53,305 nt of DNA from a virus (taxonomy: Duplodnaviria; Caudoviricetes), in IMG/VR virus record IMGVR_UViG_3300001199_000286, positions 1 through 53,305 of that record, one strand, 5' to 3'. Positions 47,443 through 53,305 of the stretch are shown here, in pieces (the first letter of the stretch is position 1; the number at the start of each line of letters is the position of its first letter). The notes under the pieces were generated by a model. The model made no database searches and had not been told where the DNA came from. It saw nothing but the letters and a program-made list of their open reading frames with translations. Made by a program: the position numbers and the translations under genes.

Positions 47443-48231
47443 TTAATACGTTCTAAATGCACTTATAATAGCTTCTGTAATTTCTTTCATGCTTTGTGTG
47501 GGAGCAAAATATTCATCCCACTCTGAAGGTTGAACTTCCCATTTATGTGTTTTCATAGGAGAAGTAATGTCATGACCCCAACAACGAATTAATCCAGTAT
47601 TTTTGTTAAATTGAAGTCTAATATTGAATTGTTCTACTCTGGCATGTCCTGGGGCTTCTACACCTGCTCCATTCAATTCAAAATAAATAAGGGCATAATT
47701 TTCATCTAATTCTTTGGTTCCCTTATAAATCATAATTTTGGGGGCTAAACGGCACGCTGCCGTGGCTAAATAAACTACTAATTTCTTAAATTCTGGATAA
47801 GTTGGTTTAGCAGTATCTAACATAACTCCATCAATGATTTCTAAAATTGAGTACATTTTATGGGCAATAGGAACTTCATTTGAATTTTTTGTGTCATGCT
47901 CATTGAGAGAAAGCACATGTTTACAAATACCTACCATTTCTCCTTCTAGGGTTCTTATTTTTTTTCTGGCAATAATTTTATAGGAACCCAAGGGGCTAAT
48001 ATCAATTTCCATGGCTCCTGGTTGTGTTTTTTCTCCATATTCCAGGCAAGTATGCCAAGCATGTTTTGGTGATTTTGTTCCTACTTTACCCAAGGAAAGT
48101 AATTCTTTAATAATCATCTCAGAATTAATTGGATCATAAGGAAGATTATCATCTTGAGTTTCTTCTTCTGGGGATTGACGGTCAAAACCATAATCTGCCC
48201 ATTCCAACCAATTTTTAAACGACTTTTTCAT
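47443..48231 (-). CDS. Hypothetical protein, candidate internal virion protein
   Basis: MKKSFKNWLE N-terminus; TATATA 5 nt upstream. Confidence 0.7.
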   Translation of the reverse strand: MKKSFKNWLEWADYGFDRQSPEEETQDDNLPYDPINSEMIIKELLSLGKVGTKSPKHAWHTCLEYGEKTQPGAMEIDISPLGSYKIIARKKIRTLEGEMVGICKHVLSLNEHDTKNSNEVPIAHKMYSILEIIDGVMLDTAKPTYPEFKKLVVYLATAACRLAPKIMIYKGTKELDENYALIYFELNGAGVEAPGHARVEQFNIRLQFNKNTGLIRCWGHDITSPMKTHKWEVQPSEWDEYFAPTQSMKEITEAIISAFRTY

Positions 48232-48282
48232 AAAATTATATATGGGTTTCTAATCTAAGATAGATAAAAATAAGGAAAAAAT

Positions 48283-49263
48283 ATGATACGTAGAGATTTC
48301 TTAAAAGGTATGTCTTTTATACCATTTGCTGGATTTTTTGGTTATAAAGCTGTTGAATCTATAACAAAACCAGATTTGCCTGTCATTGAATTTGCTAAAA
48401 AAGTGATGATCCCGTGGAAATCAAAGGGGATTGTTGTTCCTTTTCCTGTGGATACATTTCATGAAAAAATAGCTCAATCTTATGAAGAAAATATTGTTTG
48501 TTTGGTGTTAAAACATAGGCAAGGTGGTTTTTCTACTTTTAATTTAATTCAAGGATTTTATGATGCCATTCATAAACCCGATCATAAATCAGTATATTTT
48601 AGCGACACTTTGTCAATGTCGGATGGAATGTCAAATTTAGCATATAATATTGCTGTTAATAACTTGGAATTGATTTGGAATCATATTAAGTCGATAAGTG
48701 ATTGGGGTATTAAATTCAAGAATGGCAGTGATATATTATTTGCATCTCATAGTGGCTTGCCTAGATGTTATGTGGATAGAGTTTATTTTGATGATATTAT
48801 TTATAAAGCTTGTGCCCATATCTCTTGGTCTAAAGTATTTGAAAGTCATCCTTATGAACATACAGAAGCAAGTAACCAATTAGAGTTAGCTCGTATGTTG
48901 CCTGCTCTTTATACGCTGAACAAGAAATTTGATAGTTTGAATTCCGAAGTAGAAGCTTACGCTGTTTATAAAGCTGATGAAGTTGTAGAAATACGCTCTG
49001 GCTATGCTTTATTCCGAACAGAAGAAACTGCCAACATGTTGGCCAAGGCTTACAATGAACATGAAGATATTAAAGACACAAGTCAGAAATGTATTGTTAA
49101 AAAAGTAAAAGTAAGTCTTAAAAACGGTATTCAACTTGCCCCTGTAATTGATGAAGAAAAAGAGCGTCAAATTTGCGAAATGATTGAAAAAGTTTTGGGC
49201 CATGATGCCCCACAAAATGATATTGACCCAAAAACTGGTTTTAGTGCAACACATGATAGATGA
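48283..49263 (+). CDS. Tat-signal-like N-terminus fused to degenerate terminase-type ATPase
   Basis: MIRRDFLKG; LVLKHRQGGFST; IKFKNGSDI; YFDD. Confidence 0.5.
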   Translation: MIRRDFLKGMSFIPFAGFFGYKAVESITKPDLPVIEFAKKVMIPWKSKGIVVPFPVDTFHEKIAQSYEENIVCLVLKHRQGGFSTFNLIQGFYDAIHKPDHKSVYFSDTLSMSDGMSNLAYNIAVNNLELIWNHIKSISDWGIKFKNGSDILFASHSGLPRCYVDRVYFDDIIYKACAHISWSKVFESHPYEHTEASNQLELARMLPALYTLNKKFDSLNSEVEAYAVYKADEVVEIRSGYALFRTEETANMLAKAYNEHEDIKDTSQKCIVKKVKVSLKNGIQLAPVIDEEKERQICEMIEKVLGHDAPQNDIDPKTGFSATHDR

Positions 49264-49834
49264 TCCAAAATTCGTATGGATGCAAAGTCCAGATAACCCT
49301 AAAATCATGAAAATCATGAGAGGCGTTCCTGCGTCTGGGAAATCCTATCGGGCTAAAGAAATAGCTCGTGAACATGATGAAAATGAAGATATCATTTTCT
49401 CTGCAGATTTATTTTTTGGAAAAACTACCGAAGAATATGTTAAAAATTGGGCAAAAGAACGTCTTTTTAAAGCTCATGAGTGGTGCCAAAATTCTGCTCG
49501 TGGGGCATTGCAAAAACAAGTTCCTTTAGTGATTGTGGATAATACAAACACTAGAGTAGCGGAGATGATGCCTTATTTCGCTATGGCATATCGGTACGAT
49601 TACAAGGTTGAAGTTGAAGAACCAACATCTCCTTGGTGGGCTGAAATTGTACCTTGTTTAAGAAATAAGGTTTTGTTTAAAAAGAACATTGAGTTTTTTG
49701 CCTCACTCTTAACAGAAAAAAACAAAGAAAGTCACTGTGTTCCTTATGATGCAATTTTAAAAATGCTTATGAGATTTCAGCCAGATGTTGATTTTAAGAC
49801 TTTGGCCGAAAAGTTTAAGCCAAGAGTTTTTTAA
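49253..49834 (+). CDS. P-loop kinase (AAA_33 / polynucleotide kinase-like)
   Basis: MRGVPASGKS, SAD.FF, AHEWC, VIVDNTN, HCVP. Start reassigned to MIDD. Confidence 0.82.
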   Translation: MIDDPKFVWMQSPDNPKIMKIMRGVPASGKSYRAKEIAREHDENEDIIFSADLFFGKTTEEYVKNWAKERLFKAHEWCQNSARGALQKQVPLVIVDNTNTRVAEMMPYFAMAYRYDYKVEVEEPTSPWWAEIVPCLRNKVLFKKNIEFFASLLTEKNKESHCVPYDAILKMLMRFQPDVDFKTLAEKFKPRVF

Positions 49835-49950
49835 ATGACTCTACGGAGTTGGGTATTGTCCAACCAAGCCTGAAAGTTTGGTATTGGGTCATTTGTTGAG
49901 ATAAAATGATGTAATCATACATAAATATATTACATTAAATTGCTATTTTT

Positions 49951-50217
49951 TTAACTGTTTGGTGTTTTGGCCAAAAGTAGGCCAAAAATACCCTCAATTT
50001 GTTCAATAATATGATCTCTTACGGCAAGTAATTCTGTTTTGCTGTAAGATGTTTTTTCTATTCCTGATAAAGATAAATAATCTGGCAAATCAGATAATGT
50101 AATTTTGCATTTTGATTCGGTTTTTCTAAGGTCTGTATTATCATCGTCTACAATTCCTTCCCATTTCAATGTTGGTGGTATTGATTCTGATTGGTTTTCT
50201 GGTTGGCAATCTGACAT
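49951..50217 (-). CDS. Hypothetical protein
   Basis: AAGGA RBS. Confidence 0.6.
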   Translation of the reverse strand: MSDCQPENQSESIPPTLKWEGIVDDDNTDLRKTESKCKITLSDLPDYLSLSGIEKTSYSKTELLAVRDHIIEQIEGIFGLLLAKTPNS

Positions 50218-50227
50218 AATTTGTTCC

Positions 50228-51634
50228 TTAAAAATCTAATTGTTCTCTAATTTCTACTTCGTGGCCTTCTTTTTTAAGAATTTTGATTCTTTTTTTGCTG
50301 TGTTCTAAAAGGTAATCATTAATGTTGAACACAAAATCATAATAGTTTAATTCTAACTTATCTTTTGTTGTTCTGAGTCCTCGTCCCATTCTTTGAATAA
50401 TTTGATGTTCAGCTTGACCAGAAGCAGCATTAATCAAATTATGAACAAACACATTGATACCGGTGTTGAAGATTTGTTGTGTGGCTAAAATTACTACATC
50501 TTTTTTAGATGTTTGCAGTTGTTTAACGGCTTCTTGTCTGGTTTCACTAGTATCTTTTCCTTGAACCCAAAGGCTATTGGGAATCATTAAAAATAGAGCG
50601 TCACCATGAGCAATTCGATCTACTAAAATTAAGGTTCGTCCTTTTTGTTTTTTGGCTAATCTAGTCACCATTTCATGAAAATGATGGTTATTGGCTATTC
50701 CATTGGTTACAGCATCAATGTAAACATCATAAGGTAGTTTTGGTTCATTTACTGGATAAAATATACATTTTGATTTAGCTAAAATCTTTCTATCCTGTAG
50801 TTCTTTAGTAGTTAATCTACCGCTTTCTGTGGTTTTTGTTTTAAGAACAGCCCCAAAAAAACCTTTTACATAAAATTTTTGAACATCATCTGTCTCACCA
50901 AACTTAAATGGTGTAGCACTCAAAGCAATCCTTGTAGTACATCCTGTAAGCCTTCTGTAGACCGCTTTAGGCACTTTAGACATCATGTCATGGATTTCAT
51001 CCACGATAACACACTTCACTTTAGGAAGTATTTTGGCTATTTTATGAATGGATTGAACGGTCGCGACAGTAATTAAATTTGGTTTTTGATTACCTGTTCC
51101 ACCCCATAATTTGCCTACATTTTTGAATCCCCATTTACATAATTCTTCATAGTTTTGCTCTGCCAAAGGTTTTCTATTTTGAAGAATTAGTGTGGGAGTT
51201 CCTTCTTTAATTGCTTTTAAAATTCCAACCATCATGAGTGTTTTACCACTACTGGTTGGGCTAAAAATGATTCCTCTTTGTTTTTTTATAGCTTGATTAA
51301 TATAATCAACTTGATAGTCATGAAGAACTACACCAGCAAGGAATTTTTCATCAACAACATCTATATTAAATTCTGTTTTTTGTCTTAAATCATTGATTTC
51401 AGGTGCGACATTTTGAACTTTAAGGGCCGCTTTTACTTCTGGGAGCAATCCAGTAAGGAATTTACCAGTTTCTCGATTAAAAAAATCTGTATAACCATCC
51501 CAAAGATGACGTTTATATCGACTATTGTGAAAATAGTTTTTTTCCCGAAAACGAAGTTTATCCCAGAGGAATTGCTTGGTTTTTACGTCTGTGGTTTCTA
51601 AATAAGAATAATCATTGTTTATTTTTAAAATCAT
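50228..51634 (-). CDS. uvsW: UvsW-like SF2 helicase
   Basis: DYQ, SPTSSGKT, DEIH, LSATP, TGIN, QRMGRGLR, YYDF. Confidence 0.88.
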   Translation of the reverse strand: MILKINNDYSYLETTDVKTKQFLWDKLRFREKNYFHNSRYKRHLWDGYTDFFNRETGKFLTGLLPEVKAALKVQNVAPEINDLRQKTEFNIDVVDEKFLAGVVLHDYQVDYINQAIKKQRGIIFSPTSSGKTLMMVGILKAIKEGTPTLILQNRKPLAEQNYEELCKWGFKNVGKLWGGTGNQKPNLITVATVQSIHKIAKILPKVKCVIVDEIHDMMSKVPKAVYRRLTGCTTRIALSATPFKFGETDDVQKFYVKGFFGAVLKTKTTESGRLTTKELQDRKILAKSKCIFYPVNEPKLPYDVYIDAVTNGIANNHHFHEMVTRLAKKQKGRTLILVDRIAHGDALFLMIPNSLWVQGKDTSETRQEAVKQLQTSKKDVVILATQQIFNTGINVFVHNLINAASGQAEHQIIQRMGRGLRTTKDKLELNYYDFVFNINDYLLEHSKKRIKILKKEGHEVEIREQLDF

Positions 51635-51640
51635 TCAATT

Positions 51641-51669
51641 ATTATAAATTAAAAAATTAGCTGGGTCAA
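51641..51669 (-). promoter_or_regulatory. Near-consensus sigma70 promoter, probable leaderless transcript
   Basis: TTGACC-N17-TATAAT, 6 nt before ATG 51634. Confidence 0.75.
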
Positions 51670-52389
51670 ATGTCTTTATCTTATATAGTTTCAGGAACAG
51701 GTCGATGTGGTACTGTATTTATGGCCAAATATCTTAGCCATTTAGGAATACCATGTGGTCATGAGTCAATTTTTGATTATTCGGGACTAGATGTTGCATT
51801 AAAAAGATTGACCAATCCAAAAGAACGGGTAATTAGCTATTGTTCTGTTAATCGTGTTGTTAAACCTTCTGTATGGGAAGGACTAGCAAACTTTGTTGTT
51901 CCTAAAAATACCGTTGCCGAATCTAGTTATATGGCAACTCCATATTTGCATTATTTGCCAAATGTGCCATTAATCCACATTTATAGAAATGGATTAAAAG
52001 TTATAAGTTCTTTTATTGGAGATTTAGATTATTTTAAATATAAAAATTGGCAAAATAATGATGAAAATTCTATTCATTGGCAAAAACAAATTTATAACAC
52101 CTTACCAGAACTTAAAAATATAAAAACCCAAATAGAAAGAGCTTGTTATTATTACGTTAAATGGAATGAATTGTTAAAAAACGAAAAAAATAAACGACCT
52201 TACATTCGTTTAAGAATTGATAATATTGAAAATAATCATCGACTATTAAATTTTCTAAAAAAAAAGCCAATAAAATTTAATTGTGATAATTATAATTCAT
52301 TCAAAAAGAGAACAAAAGATTTAACCTTATCGGATATTCCAGAAGGATCAATTAAAAAAGAATTTTTGAAAACACTTACAAAGATATGA
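51670..52389 (+). CDS. Sulfotransferase-like protein
   Basis: GTGRCGT, CGHE, IHIYRN...VI.S, Y..WN. Confidence 0.7.
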   Translation: MSLSYIVSGTGRCGTVFMAKYLSHLGIPCGHESIFDYSGLDVALKRLTNPKERVISYCSVNRVVKPSVWEGLANFVVPKNTVAESSYMATPYLHYLPNVPLIHIYRNGLKVISSFIGDLDYFKYKNWQNNDENSIHWQKQIYNTLPELKNIKTQIERACYYYVKWNELLKNEKNKRPYIRLRIDNIENNHRLLNFLKKKPIKFNCDNYNSFKKRTKDLTLSDIPEGSIKKEFLKTLTKI

Positions 52390-53305
52390 AAAAAATATTA
52401 GTGACTGGCGGAAATGGATTAGTTGGTAATGCTATTAGTCAAATAGCAAATAATTACCCAGAGTATGAATTTATATTCTGTGTAAGTGAAAATTACAATT
52501 TAACCAAAGAAAAAGAAGTAAAAGAATTATTTGATAGATATAAACCAAATTATGTTATACACACTGCTGCTAAAGTTGGTGGTCTTGGTGGTCATGTTAA
52601 ATATCAATATGATTATTTTTATGATAATATTTTAATTAATTCTTATGTAATTAATTATGCTATTAAAAATAAAGTAGAAAAATTTATTGGTTTGTCTTCT
52701 GTTTGTGGATTCTCAGAAAAATTATCTACCCTTAATGAAGAATTGTTTCATTATGGCGAGCCTTTTTTAGATAATTATTCGTATGGCTATACCAAAAGAA
52801 TTATGGATGTGCAAATTTCTTCTTGTAATAAACAATTTGGTATTGTCAATTTTTGTTCATTGATTTCTGGAAATATTTTTGGAGAAAATGACCTATATAA
52901 TACAGAATATGGGCATGTTGTTCCATCATTAATTCATAAAATTTATTCTGCCAAAAAAAATCAATCGTCTTTGTTTGTATGGGGAGATGGTTCTTGTACG
53001 AGAGAGTTGTTATATTCTAAAGATTTAGCTTTAATAATAATGAACATATTAAACATGGAATTTATTCCCCAAAGATTTTTGGTTGCTGGCAACTCTTTAT
53101 CTATTAAAAATTTGATTATTCTATTGTGTGAAGTATCTAATTTTACTGGGGATATAGTGTGGGATACCGATAAACCAACAGGTAATTCAAATAGAAATTC
53201 AGATATAAGTTTTTTGAAATCTAAAATCAAAGTTAACCTAACTGATTTTAAAGATTCATTGAAAAACTCCTATGATTGGTTTTGTGATAATTATCCAAAG
53301 GTGAG
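52386..53305 (+). CDS. fcl: GDP-L-fucose synthase (runs off window end)
   Basis: Not in ORF track. Manual translation MKKILVTGGNGLVG...HTAAKVGG...YGYTKR...NIFGENDLY...GHVVPSLIHK...VWGDGS..RE. Confidence 0.92.
   Translation, partial: MKKILVTGGNGLVGNAISQIANNYPEYEFIFCVSENYNLTKEKEVKELFDRYKPNYVIHTAAKVGGLGGHVKYQYDYFYDNILINSYVINYAIKNKVEKFIGLSSVCGFSEKLSTLNEELFHYGEPFLDNYSYGYTKRIMDVQISSCNKQFGIVNFCSLISGNIFGENDLYNTEYGHVVPSLIHKIYSAKKNQSSLFVWGDGSCTRELLYSKDLALIIMNILNMEFIPQRFLVAGNSLSIKNLIILLCEVSNFTGDIVWDTDKPTGNSNRNSDISFLKSKIKVNLTDFKDSLKNSYDWFCDNYPKV

Noticed and set aside
1-53305. CRISPR array
   Set aside because: No regularly spaced 25-45 bp repeats seen.
1376-53305. Stop-codon reassignment
   Set aside because: Recognisable enzymes are full length in the standard code; TAA, TGA and TAG all end genes.

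Overview
The window has two unrelated parts. Bases 1 to ~1375 look like Bacteroidota (Chitinophagaceae-like) chromosome: 5' part of gcvT, a lipoprotein-like ORF, and the 3' end of a probable PspC-domain gene. From ~1376 to the end it is an AT-rich, gene-dense segment of a large T4-like/jumbo phage in the standard code. That segment carries a 1.7-kaa repeat-rich fibre protein, T4-type replication/recombination genes (UvsX/RecA, gp32-like SSB, UvsY-like, gp41/DnaB, UvsW-like), ThyX, dNMP kinase, dCMP deaminase, three DNA methyltransferases, a CCA-adding enzyme and many glycan-building enzymes (HldE, GDP-fucose synthase, GTs, sulfotransferases). Most notable: (1) a non-autonomous IS607-like TnpB element splitting a tRNA-like gene, with the tnpB start codon inside a hairpin whose loop holds a putative late-promoter motif; (2) an unannotated ~490-nt structured non-coding region directly upstream of a short divergent family-A polymerase and a sigma-like gene; (3) two more candidate ncRNA loci, one with a T-arm and a tmRNA-like tag frame; (4) five proteins, including the CCA-adding enzyme, with a T4 capsid-targeting-like N-terminus. 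All calls are from motif recognition and hand-folding; no searches were run.
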